A model generated the notes under the pieces. The model was not told where the DNA came from. It was given only the letters and a program-made list of their open reading frames with translations, and did not search any database. DNA of 40,531 nucleotides, from positions 1-40,531 of the forward strand of contig JAHPZH010000010.1 in the NCBI GenBank assembly GCA_019058315.1, read 5' to 3'. This document shows, in pieces, positions 1 through 9,261 of the stretch; positions within the stretch are counted from its first letter, which is position 1; each line of letters begins with the position of its first letter. The translations under genes and the position numbers were made by a program. The DNA is from Candidatus Helarchaeota archaeon (GTDB taxonomy: Archaea; Asgardarchaeota; Lokiarchaeia; Helarchaeales; RDOG01).

Positions 1-85
1 CGTGGACCAGCCAGTCCCTCCGACTCCGCAAGGAGTATGATGACAAATTCGGGACAAAACCATTCATTTTGCTGAATTGTAGTTC

Positions 86-1081
86 ATGAGTTCTTTAGAA
101 TCATTTAAATCCAGATTTCATTATTTATTTCCTATGAGTTTTTCAGAATCAGAAAGTAAACAATATAGTCCCACTATATCTAAAATTAGCATGTTGATTG
201 CTGCTATTCTTATGGGAAATGTTGGTTTAGTAGTAAGTTTACTGGCTAATTATCCGCCTTATACAATTACATTATTAAGAGGTATAGGTGGAACCTTATT
301 TCTTACCTTATTTATGATAAAATATCGTTCATTTTCTCGAGATTTCTTTAAAGAATCTTTCAAATTACACTGGAAACCCTTATTGGTATTAGGTGTAATG
401 AACCCTATAGTAATTGGGCTTTATTTTTTTGCTATTATTATTTCAGGATATGCCATTGCTGCGTTCTTATTGTATACAGGAGGTATTTTTGTCCTAATTT
501 TTCTAATAATTGGTAAAGTAGAAACAGTCTCAAAAACAAATATTTTGAGTTTTATTTTAGCTATAATTGGAGTAGCGATAATTATGGAGTTCTGGACTGG
601 TCAAGCTTTATCATATGGTGTTCTAATAGGAATTCTTTCAGGATTCACTTACGCAATTTTCATGTTTTGCACAAAAAAAATATACATTTTTAGGAGTAAT
701 AATACTTCAAAAATTAAAACGGAAGGAGATATTGATATATTAATCGCTTGGCTTTCAACATTTTTTATAATAATTTTATCTCTGCCATTTGGGATATTAG
801 ATCTTTTTAAATTAACCATAACAGAATGGTTATATGTTCTAATTTTGGGTTTAATTCCTACGGCTCTACCTTTTATTCTATTTAATATTGGTATAAAAAA
901 TGATAAGGGAGGAAATATCCTGATTTTATCTTACATTGAGCCATTAGTCGCAACGATTAATGGTATTTTCTTTCAACAGATTTTTTCAATTTATACAATT
1001 ATAGGAGGAGCTTTAATCCTAATAGCTAATATAATTGTGCTTATATATTCAAATAAAAAATCAAATTCTAATAATTCTTGA
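86..1081 (+). CDS. DMT/EamA-family inner membrane transporter
   Basis: About 10 hydrophobic helices in two EamA-like halves (e.g. LILGLIPTALPFILFNIG, SYIEPLVA, IIGGALIL). The true start may be the later Met (MSFSES, about 134). Confidence 0.85.
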   Translation: MSSLESFKSRFHYLFPMSFSESESKQYSPTISKISMLIAAILMGNVGLVVSLLANYPPYTITLLRGIGGTLFLTLFMIKYRSFSRDFFKESFKLHWKPLLVLGVMNPIVIGLYFFAIIISGYAIAAFLLYTGGIFVLIFLIIGKVETVSKTNILSFILAIIGVAIIMEFWTGQALSYGVLIGILSGFTYAIFMFCTKKIYIFRSNNTSKIKTEGDIDILIAWLSTFFIIILSLPFGILDLFKLTITEWLYVLILGLIPTALPFILFNIGIKNDKGGNILILSYIEPLVATINGIFFQQIFSIYTIIGGALILIANIIVLIYSNKKSNSNNS

Positions 1082-1094
1082 AATTTAATAAAAG

Positions 1095-2720
1095 TTGATA
1101 AAAATGAGTTATGATATCCTTATTAAGAATGGCAGAATTATCGACGGTGCTGGAAATCCTTGGTATTATGCTGATGTAGCAATTAAAGATGGTAAAATTG
1201 TTAAAATTAGACCTCAATTAGACGTAATCGCTACTAAAATCATCGATGCTAATGGATTAATTGTTTGTCCAGGTTTTATTGATCTTCATTCCCATACGGA
1301 TTTTATTCTACCCTTTCTTAGTAGAGTAGAATCTTTCATAAGACAAGGAATAACTACTTGTGTAGTCGGCATGTGTGGTGATAGTCTCGCTCCTATCCCT
1401 CCCGAGAGAGTAGATGATGCTAAAAAGTTATTATGCACAATTAATCCGGCATTTGCCAATTTAAATATTTCATGGAATACGTTTGAAGAATATCTGAATA
1501 AAATGGAAAAAGTCCGTTGTCCGCTAAATTTGGTATTTTTTGTGGGATATAACAATATAAGACTCGCTGGAGGAGCTGCATTTGAAAACAGATTGCCCAC
1601 AAATAAGGAGCTCGAAAGTATGAAGAATTATCTGGCAGAAGCTATGGAAGCAGGAGCTTTCGGTATGAGCACTGGATTGATTTATTCTCCTCAGGTTTAT
1701 GCGAAAACTGAAGAACTCATCGAATTGGCTAAGGTTGTAGCTAAGTATAGAGGCTTATATTTTTCCCACATTCGCGGTGAAGGCAAAACCTTAATAAATG
1801 CAGTTAAAGAATTTATTGAAATTATTGAAAAGTCTGGTTGTATTGGCGGCCAAATTGCACACCATAAAGTTTCTGGGAAAATTTATTGGGGAACAAGCAA
1901 AGAAAGCTTACGCCTGATAGAAGAAGCGAATTCTCGTGGTATTAATATTAGTTGTGATCAATATCCCTACACCCGTGGCATGACTTCTCTCTCTACCATT
2001 CTCCCTCCTTGGGTTCATGAAGGTGGCGTAGATAAAATTCTTGAACGTCTACAAAATTCCAAAGATAGAAATCGTATTAAGAATGAAACTAGAAATGAAG
2101 GTTGGGAAAATTTTATCCATGAAAATGGATTTGAGTCTATCTATATTTCAACAGTTAATACAAAGAAATGGAAAGATATAGAAGGTAAAAATATTGCAGA
2201 AATTACAAAGATCAAAGGAAAGATAGATGGTTGGGAGACTTTATTTGAAATCTTAATCGATGAAAAAGGAGGAGGTACTATGACTATCGAAAGTATGTGC
2301 GAAGAGGATATTCGCCGAATTATGACTAATCGATATCAAATGGTCGGAACAGATGGCATTGGAGTTCCAGCTAACCCTTCTTTCGGAAAATTTCATCCTC
2401 GTTTTTTTGGCACTTATCCTCGGATCCTTGGTAAGTACGTTCGTGAAGAAAAGGTTTTAACTTTAGAGGAGGCTATTCGAAAAATGACTTCCTTCCCTGC
2501 TCAACGGTTGGGTTTGAGGGATAGAGGTTTAATTAGAGAAGACTTGTGGGCAGATCTTGTTATTTTCGATCCCAATACAGTGATTGATATAGCAACATAT
2601 GAAAATCCACTTCAATACCCTGAAGGAATTCCACATGTCATTGTTAATGGTATAATCATAGTAGAGAATAATAAACAAAATAGAAAATATCCAGGAAGAG
2701 TATTACGTCGACCAACTTAA
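1095..2720 (+). CDS. N-acyl-D-amino-acid deacylase / D-aminoacylase family amidohydrolase
   Basis: IKNGRIIDGAG, PGFIDLHSH metal motif, GAFGMSTGLIY, HPRFFGTYPR, AIRKMTSFPA, ADLVIFDP. Likely start ATG at 1104. Confidence 0.92.
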   Translation: MIKMSYDILIKNGRIIDGAGNPWYYADVAIKDGKIVKIRPQLDVIATKIIDANGLIVCPGFIDLHSHTDFILPFLSRVESFIRQGITTCVVGMCGDSLAPIPPERVDDAKKLLCTINPAFANLNISWNTFEEYLNKMEKVRCPLNLVFFVGYNNIRLAGGAAFENRLPTNKELESMKNYLAEAMEAGAFGMSTGLIYSPQVYAKTEELIELAKVVAKYRGLYFSHIRGEGKTLINAVKEFIEIIEKSGCIGGQIAHHKVSGKIYWGTSKESLRLIEEANSRGINISCDQYPYTRGMTSLSTILPPWVHEGGVDKILERLQNSKDRNRIKNETRNEGWENFIHENGFESIYISTVNTKKWKDIEGKNIAEITKIKGKIDGWETLFEILIDEKGGGTMTIESMCEEDIRRIMTNRYQMVGTDGIGVPANPSFGKFHPRFFGTYPRILGKYVREEKVLTLEEAIRKMTSFPAQRLGLRDRGLIREDLWADLVIFDPNTVIDIATYENPLQYPEGIPHVIVNGIIIVENNKQNRKYPGRVLRRPT

Positions 2721-2757
2721 AAATCAATTAATTAAAAACTAATTAAGGTAATTAGTT

Positions 2758-4566
2758 ATGACAGAAGCTCCTTCTAATGAAATAAAAAGTGAAAAAAAAA
2801 GTCGGATAGATGTCTTTAAGGAGTCAGGTGCATCTAGAGCAGTTGCCAGTTCAAGCTGGACCATCTTAATGGCAGTAATAGGAGCTATTATGCTTTTTAT
2901 TTACCAAATAATTGCTGGAAATCTGTATACTGAGGGAGAATTAAATTTTTACGGTCTTACTTCAATGTTTTTTTCATTTGCAGTTATTTTCAGCTTGGGA
3001 GCTAGTGGTGCATTCATCAAACTCGCAAAAGAAAGCTTTGTTTTAGATGAAGAAAAAGGAAAACATCGGGCAATTCAAATGGCTAAAATTAATTTTATTC
3101 TTGGGTTCTCAATTAATATAGTTATGTTCATTCTCGCATTTCTTTCTATTCATGATATAGGACTATTTATTATGTTACTTGGTGCTGCTTCAGCAGTCCT
3201 AATCGCATTTTTAAGAGATATATTTACAAATCTTTTAGGAGTAATGAATCGATTCGATCTTGGTGCCATTATAGGAGGACTATTTGGGGTTGTCGTTTGT
3301 ATTTTTGGATTTACTATCATTATTTTTAATATTGCACCCGAATATCTTGCCTTTGTTCCAGCAACCATGTTATTCCTTATGTTGATCTTATCTGTAGTTT
3401 TTTACAACAGAATCAAACCAAAAGGGTTAGGATTCAAGGATTTATTTTTTCCCTCAAAAAAATATCCCCTTACAAAGGATTTTACGAACGAATATTTGAA
3501 ATATGGTGGGCTTACCACAATTTCTAACCTTGTGGTTTATGGATTTTATTCTCAAATAGTACTTTTAATGACTTTTATTTGTTATTATTTCTGGGGAGGT
3601 GCATTAGGCTTAGGAGGACTTATAACTTGGGAAAAAATGACTCAATTACTCATTTTAATTGATTCATTTGTCTTTATTGAAGTTGCTGTAATTTTATTTT
3701 CGGGTCCAGTAAATGTTGAAATTGCTGAAGCATGTGTTAAAAATGATTATGAATGTATAGAGAATTCACTTAATGCAGTAGGAAGAGTAGGATTGGTTAT
3801 TTCAATGCCACTTTCTGTTGCCATGCTAGTGCTCGCTCGACAATTACTCCTCCTTTTTATGGCGGGTTCCGTTTCTTTCTCAATTTTTGGTCTTACTGTT
3901 GTTACAGAAGATTTATTATTCCAAGGATGGGCCACAATGGCAGTAACGGGATTTGGACAATCATTTTATGGATTAGCTTGTATTTATGGTGCGGGTCTTA
4001 TTGGAGCAGGTCGTGCAAAACAATCTGCAATTGCCTTTGGTATTGGGGCGATAATCTTATTCATTTCGACTCCAATATTCATTTTTCTATTGGGTGCTAT
4101 TGATAATCTATTTCCAATTTGGGGAACCTATAATTATTCACTTATTGGAGCGGGTTTTTCATTTCTAGTAAGTGGAATTTTCGTTTTTCCCTATCTAGCT
4201 ATATATTCAAAGAGATATTTCAAAATTAACTTTGATCTACGCATTAAACGGACTATTATCTGTATGGTAATACTAGGATTATATCTATTTTTAGCCCCTA
4301 TTGAACCATATGCTTATTTTCTCAATTCTATTCTTCATATTGGATTAGGACTTGGTCAATTTGTATCATTCTTGACTTTCCTATTAATCGGACTCTTCTT
4401 ATTAATTATTTTATATTGTTTCTTCGGAGTTTTTGGAAAAGGTGATGGAAAAATTCTTCAAGATACCTTTGATTCCTTTAACCAAGGATGGATAGCACAT
4501 TTTTTACGGAAAATGGGGCGATTCTTTTATAATTTGAATCCTAAAAACCCAAAATTAGATAATTAA
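2758..4566 (+). CDS. MOP-superfamily (MATE / polysaccharide flippase-like) membrane protein
   Basis: About 14 TM segments with the Wzx/MurJ-like layout (early helix pair, central soluble loop ending EYLKYGG, then SMPLSVAMLVLARQLLLLF). Confidence 0.65.
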   Translation: MTEAPSNEIKSEKKSRIDVFKESGASRAVASSSWTILMAVIGAIMLFIYQIIAGNLYTEGELNFYGLTSMFFSFAVIFSLGASGAFIKLAKESFVLDEEKGKHRAIQMAKINFILGFSINIVMFILAFLSIHDIGLFIMLLGAASAVLIAFLRDIFTNLLGVMNRFDLGAIIGGLFGVVVCIFGFTIIIFNIAPEYLAFVPATMLFLMLILSVVFYNRIKPKGLGFKDLFFPSKKYPLTKDFTNEYLKYGGLTTISNLVVYGFYSQIVLLMTFICYYFWGGALGLGGLITWEKMTQLLILIDSFVFIEVAVILFSGPVNVEIAEACVKNDYECIENSLNAVGRVGLVISMPLSVAMLVLARQLLLLFMAGSVSFSIFGLTVVTEDLLFQGWATMAVTGFGQSFYGLACIYGAGLIGAGRAKQSAIAFGIGAIILFISTPIFIFLLGAIDNLFPIWGTYNYSLIGAGFSFLVSGIFVFPYLAIYSKRYFKINFDLRIKRTIICMVILGLYLFLAPIEPYAYFLNSILHIGLGLGQFVSFLTFLLIGLFLLIILYCFFGVFGKGDGKILQDTFDSFNQGWIAHFLRKMGRFFYNLNPKNPKLDN

Positions 4567-4610
4567 AAATACAAAAATATAAAAAAAGTTGAATAAATTT
4601 TTCCTAGATT

Positions 4611-5390
4611 TCATTTTAGATAGAATTTGTTTATATATTTTGAAAGCTCTACAAAAAGTTCCTTAATTTCTTGAGTTGATTTCTTACCTTTGCTAAAAAT
4701 TTCTACTTTATATTTTGATATCTCTTCAGCTTCGTCTTTAGGTTTTAATGAAAAAATAGCCTCTTTTTTAGTTATTTTTGGCTCATTAAGAGCAGTTTTT
4801 ATTTTTGTAATTTGTTTTGAAACAATTTTTTTATTAACTGCTTTATCTATATAATCTAGAATAGAATGTGCAATATCCCATGTAATTTGGGGATATATAA
4901 ACCTGCCAGATCCTACGACATCAACGTGATAAAACTGAATATCTTGATAAATAATTTGATCAACAAAAATTTCATTTTCTACCATTTGTTCTGCTATTTT
5001 CTTTACATTTTTCTTATTTATTGATGGCAAAATCATTCCAATAGCTCTTCCTATTTCAACAAGTCTTCTTTCTTCCTCTGACGGTTCGAAATAATTGGGA
5101 GCTGGTGCACCCAAAATCATGTTACCTGGAACAATTTTACCGGGTTTATCCAAAGCTAATCTTTGATATTTTTTAAATTCTTTAATAATATTCACGAAAT
5201 TTTCAATATTTGTAATTTTTTTTAGATCTTCTAAGAATTTCGCATCAACTTGTGGCGGAATTACTACGGGACCTTCGCGTTCTCTAGATTCCTTATAAAT
5301 TTCCTCTAATGATTTTTCCTTTTTGGATTTGCCCATTTTTAACACTTCAATTTTTTTTATTAAGAATTTTTTAGATTCGTTATTTAACAC
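4611..5390 (-). CDS. Hypothetical soluble protein
   Basis: 259-aa ORF with host-like composition and no recognisable family motif. Probable start at MGKSKK (about 5336). Confidence 0.6.
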   Translation of the reverse strand: MLNNESKKFLIKKIEVLKMGKSKKEKSLEEIYKESREREGPVVIPPQVDAKFLEDLKKITNIENFVNIIKEFKKYQRLALDKPGKIVPGNMILGAPAPNYFEPSEEERRLVEIGRAIGMILPSINKKNVKKIAEQMVENEIFVDQIIYQDIQFYHVDVVGSGRFIYPQITWDIAHSILDYIDKAVNKKIVSKQITKIKTALNEPKITKKEAIFSLKPKDEAEEISKYKVEIFSKGKKSTQEIKELFVELSKYINKFYLK

Positions 5391-5445
5391 TTAATAAATT
5401 ATTTGCTGGTTTTTTTATTTTCCTAAATTTTAAAATCAGAAAGAA

Positions 5446-6711
5446 TTAACCATTAGTAGCTTGCACACCATGAACAAAAATCATTACTCTCTGCCCAACA
5501 TTTCTACCTTGGTCGTAATCATCAGCAAAAGAACACGATACATTCCACCCAACTTTTGCAAAAAAGGAGGGAACATTTTTTACATCAAGACCCCATTTAA
5601 AATGCTTAGAAAAAGAATCCTTTAGAAGTTCATTTCTAATAATACGATTAGGAATCCATCTTGATTGGTGCATAATATCCACGAAGATTTGACTATTTTG
5701 TGCACTTATCTCAGCTGTTTTTGAAAGTAGAGTGACAATTTTTTCTTGTTCCATATAGTAGACAAGACCTTCTAAAACCCAAAAAGTGGGAGTATTACTC
5801 GAAAATCCGCTATTTAAAAGAATGGAGGACCATTTGGGTTCAGAGATATCTGCAGAAATACGTATAAGATCACATAATGGTTGTTTGTCTTGCAAAATCT
5901 TTTCTTTATAGTGGATAACAATGGGGAGATCAATCTCGAATAATTTATGGAGATTTTTTTGGATTGGTGTGAATCGATAAGCACGCGTGTCCAAACCAGC
6001 CCCTAATAGAACGATCTGGGATTTCGAATGTGCATCGCACCAAGGTTTTAACAAGTTTTCTTCAATGTAATATGAACGAACGATTGGATAATCCATTTCG
6101 GAGTAACGTATATGCTCTTTAAGATATGAAGACAAATCACCAGCGAGTTTTTCTGCGAATGGATCAATAATAAGAGGATTATCACGCTTGTATTCTTGAG
6201 CACGGTAATATGCCATAAGACGGGATGTGAAAGGTATACTAGCACTCTTATTATCCATACTTTGTTTGTTTTTAGATGAATTATCATCCATTTTCTGATT
6301 TTTCAGCCCTAATTGTTCGCTTTTATCTATATAAGTTCCTTTACCACTTAAAGAAGCTAAAGCTCTAGCTAGCTCCATATATGCAAAACCTACAATTCCG
6401 TCTGGTTCAATACGAACAATGATTGTTCTCTTGTCATCTTTAGCTCCTACAATATGACCTTCACCCTTAATGGAGGTTGCAATTAATCTTTCGTTTGAAC
6501 AGAGTCTGATTATGTATCTAATTCCAGAAAACATAATGGGATTAGTCTTCATAGAAGACCAGTTAGAAATTAATTTGTTGATATCTGCTTTTATATCCCA
6601 ATTATCTGTTGAATAAATAATATCAGCTTTTCCCTCAATTAAAGCAACTGAAATAACATAAGGTAAAGCTTGCTTTAGTTTAGATAAAATAGCTTCGTAA
6701 TTTACGGACAT
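5446..6711 (-). CDS. Fusion of an Asgard profilin-like domain and an LCM-family (leucine carboxyl methyltransferase-like) SAM-dependent methyltransferase
   Basis: N-terminal 120 aa show YSTDNWDI, SGIRYII and ERLIATSIKGEGHIVG, the pattern of Loki profilins. The C-terminal part shows RAQE..DPFAEKLAG, QIVLLGAGLDTRAYR, FEIDLP and WVLEGLVYY. Confidence 0.8.
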   Translation of the reverse strand: MSVNYEAILSKLKQALPYVISVALIEGKADIIYSTDNWDIKADINKLISNWSSMKTNPIMFSGIRYIIRLCSNERLIATSIKGEGHIVGAKDDKRTIIVRIEPDGIVGFAYMELARALASLSGKGTYIDKSEQLGLKNQKMDDNSSKNKQSMDNKSASIPFTSRLMAYYRAQEYKRDNPLIIDPFAEKLAGDLSSYLKEHIRYSEMDYPIVRSYYIEENLLKPWCDAHSKSQIVLLGAGLDTRAYRFTPIQKNLHKLFEIDLPIVIHYKEKILQDKQPLCDLIRISADISEPKWSSILLNSGFSSNTPTFWVLEGLVYYMEQEKIVTLLSKTAEISAQNSQIFVDIMHQSRWIPNRIIRNELLKDSFSKHFKWGLDVKNVPSFFAKVGWNVSCSFADDYDQGRNVGQRVMIFVHGVQATNG

Positions 6712-6727
6712 TTATAGATAAGACCTT

Positions 6728-7183
6728 TCAATCATCTTCTATGGGCAAACCAATAATTACTTTTTTATCAGTGAAAAAACTATCAGACATTGAATCATGA
6801 GTAGAAATTTCTTCTACAATTGCACCTTCTTTTGAACTGAAAGTATGATTAGTACCTGGTTCTAGATTATAATGGTCACCAGGTTTTAGTGTTATAGTTT
6901 TATCAGGCAATGTTAAGATCACTTCACCTTTATGGCAGAAAAAAGTCTCTTTTTTCTTTTTATGATGGTGTTCAGGACATCGTTGTCCAGGTAAAAGAAT
7001 TAACCACTTGGAACAGTATTCGGGTTCATTAATTCTTGTAACCAAAGCCATACCAATTTGTTCAAAATTATTGAAACCATAAGTCGCAATTCGAAATTGT
7101 ACATCTGGTAAAATAGGAATACCGGCTTCAGCTAATTTCTTTCGAGCTATTTCCTCGTATTTCTTAAATTCAGATCTCTTCAT
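6728..7183 (-). CDS. D-lyxose ketol-isomerase family cupin
   Basis: YCSKWLILLPGQRCPEHHH..KKETF, LKPGD..LEPGTNHTF and AIVEEIST, typical of the D-lyxose isomerase cupin family. Confidence 0.8.
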   Translation of the reverse strand: MKRSEFKKYEEIARKKLAEAGIPILPDVQFRIATYGFNNFEQIGMALVTRINEPEYCSKWLILLPGQRCPEHHHKKKKETFFCHKGEVILTLPDKTITLKPGDHYNLEPGTNHTFSSKEGAIVEEISTHDSMSDSFFTDKKVIIGLPIEDD

Positions 7184-7367
7184 ATTAACACCAGAAATAC
7201 AAAAAGCGGAATTATATATATTATAAATGTCAAATTTAGTTTTAAATCATTTATATATCTTAAAAATTCCTTATGATTCAAAAAAGTGATATTATAAAAA
7301 TATTGAATTATTATAAATATCAACTTTGGATTGATTAAAAAAAACATTAAAGGAAAGAGGATTTAAA

Positions 7368-7979
7368 ATGGATGAGATTAAATCTTCAATAATAAGAGCC
7401 AAAGAATGTTTTGAGAAGAAACAGTATGAAAACTTGATTCAAATTTTAGAGAGTATTATTCAGAAAAATCGAAATCTTCTTGACGAAGAGGAATCTAAAA
7501 CAGATTTAGGAGAAATGTATTTACTTTTTGCTAAATCCTTTTTAGCTCTTAATAAATTAGATGAATCTTTAAAACATGCAAATGACTGCCTTCACCTAGC
7601 AAAAAATTGTAAATTTTTCTCCTTACAGGCGAAAACATTAAGAATTCTTGGTAGCATTTACTCTCAGAAAGGAAATCATTTAAAGAGCCTAGAATTATTG
7701 AGAAAATCACTACAACTTGAACAGAAGATCGGGGATAAAATCGGTGAAGCCTATGCCTTGTTTGAATTAGGAATTGAAGAAGCAGATGGCGAGGAATTAA
7801 ATGAAAGCATAGAACATTTAAAGCATGCTGTAAAAATTTTCAAAAATTTGGATCGGGAAAAAGATGCACAAACGGTTCAAAAAGAATTAACCATAATTTT
7901 AGAAGAGATGGATGAAGATAAGTGGCTAGAGGAAAAGATACCAAAAAAATTCCGTGAAAAGAAAGGTATGAAACTATAA
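7368..7979 (+). CDS. Tetratricopeptide repeat protein
   Basis: TPR helix pairs (AKTLRILGSIYSQKG, GDKIGEAYALFELG). Purine-rich AAGAGGA lies upstream. Confidence 0.85.
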   Translation: MDEIKSSIIRAKECFEKKQYENLIQILESIIQKNRNLLDEEESKTDLGEMYLLFAKSFLALNKLDESLKHANDCLHLAKNCKFFSLQAKTLRILGSIYSQKGNHLKSLELLRKSLQLEQKIGDKIGEAYALFELGIEEADGEELNESIEHLKHAVKIFKNLDREKDAQTVQKELTIILEEMDEDKWLEEKIPKKFREKKGMKL

Positions 7980-7988
7980 TTGTGAATT

Positions 7989-8018
7989 TTAAGCTTCTTT
8001 CTCTTTTGGATTTTTTTA
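7989..8018 (+). terminator. Putative archaeal T-rich terminator between convergent genes
   Basis: Pyrimidine/T tract (cttctttctcttttggattttttt) immediately after the TPR stop codon. Confidence 0.35.
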
Positions 8019-8351
8019 TTATTTACCAGCTTTGGAGAGCTCCAGTGCACTACCTTGAGTGCAATAATTAACCCATCTAAGACTCATTTGTTTGCTAATT
8101 GGACATTGTCCACAAAGACACCCTTTTTCCTCCTTTATCAGTGAACTCTTACCTATTGAACAAAATGCAAGATTTGTTTCGCCTGTCCCCTCATAGCTTG
8201 GACATTTTCCACAATAATCTTTACAAATATACTTCACTTGATCAAAGGCATCTCTTTTTTGTTTCTCCGTCATTTTATCCATAATTTTAATCTTTTCTTC
8301 AAATGGGAGATTCTTGAAGTTCTCTTCGAGGTCTGACATTAATTTCACCAT
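8019..8351 (-). CDS. DUF2769-like Cys-rich metal-binding protein
   Basis: YCGKCPSY...AFCSIGKS...GCLCGQCP...NYCTQG cysteine pattern. Confidence 0.75.
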   Translation of the reverse strand: MVKLMSDLEENFKNLPFEEKIKIMDKMTEKQKRDAFDQVKYICKDYCGKCPSYEGTGETNLAFCSIGKSSLIKEEKGCLCGQCPISKQMSLRWVNYCTQGSALELSKAGK

Positions 8352-8465
8352 GATTTTACATTCTTTGTATTATATTTAGAAATTAAATTTTTATTACTTA
8401 TTATTTCCATTCTTAATAATTGAAATAATGTTCAAATGTTTAAGTAAAATATAAATAATTGGTTC

Positions 8466-8840
8466 TCACATTAAAGCTCTTATTTTTTTATAAAAGTCAA
8501 GTAATGCAATTCGAATTAAGGGCAAATTTAGATCTTCTCCTCCTATCCCAATGAAAGTTAAAGTTTGTTCTACTCCTTCTTTTGAAATTTTTGAGATTAT
8601 AATAATTCCATTTGGTCCTTCAAGAACATAGTCTTTTAAATTTCCCATTTCTAAGAAATTCGAAAATTGCTGGAATGTTGCTTCAACATTGAATATTTCC
8701 ATGATGATTTTTTCTTTTAAATCGGCTACTAGTGTGGTTGCCAAGACTTTCCCATCAGGGTATGAGATTAAGAATGTCCCAGTAATTCCAGTAATTTGTT
8801 CCAAATCTCGAAGATATTTTTCCATTTGTCCTATATTCAT
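8466..8840 (-). CDS. Roadblock/LC7 (LAMTOR2/MglB-like) domain protein 2
   Basis: GITGTFLISYPDGKVLAT, GNLKDYVLEGPNGIIII and LNLPLIRIAL fit the roadblock pattern. The start was reassigned to ATG 8840, 4 bp after the upstream stop, because the longer ORF overlaps the upstream roadblock gene. Confidence 0.8.
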   Translation of the reverse strand: MNIGQMEKYLRDLEQITGITGTFLISYPDGKVLATTLVADLKEKIIMEIFNVEATFQQFSNFLEMGNLKDYVLEGPNGIIIISKISKEGVEQTLTFIGIGGEDLNLPLIRIALLDFYKKIRALM

Positions 8841-8844
8841 GTTT

Positions 8845-9210
8845 TCATCCCATAATTTTTTCGATTTTAATTGAGGCATTTCTAATTTCAAATGCACATG
8901 ATGGAATATTAGCGTATTTTTCAAGAAAAGTTACGATAATTGAATTTCGACCCGCATTCATGATAATGAAATTACCCTCATCACTATCAACAATCACTCT
9001 TTCTAAATTGGATTTGCGAAATAGTTTGTATAAATGATCTAAAGTCAACTTTACTGAAGTAACAAGACCGCTTGCCATTACAACCTCGATCTCTTCTTCC
9101 CAAGTTGTCGCAATTGGAATTCCATCAGGATATGAAATAATTACACTTCCGAGAACTCCTGTCGTCTTACTTAGTTCCTTTAATATAATAGTTAATTTTT
9201 CTTCGGACAT
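8845..9210 (-). CDS. Roadblock/LC7 (LAMTOR2/MglB-like) domain protein 1
   Basis: GVLGSVIISYPDGIPIAT, LERVIVDSDEGNFIIMNAG and ANIPSCAFEIR give a canonical 120-aa roadblock domain. Confidence 0.9.
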   Translation of the reverse strand: MSEEKLTIILKELSKTTGVLGSVIISYPDGIPIATTWEEEIEVVMASGLVTSVKLTLDHLYKLFRKSNLERVIVDSDEGNFIIMNAGRNSIIVTFLEKYANIPSCAFEIRNASIKIEKIMG

Positions 9211-9261
9211 TCATTCAAACCTTTTCTTTTTTTTTAAACTTAAATTGTTTAATTTTTAGAA

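Noticed and set aside
8841-8924. N-terminal 28 aa of ORF 8466..8924
   Set aside because: It overlaps the upstream roadblock gene in another frame. The roadblock pattern begins at ATG 8840.
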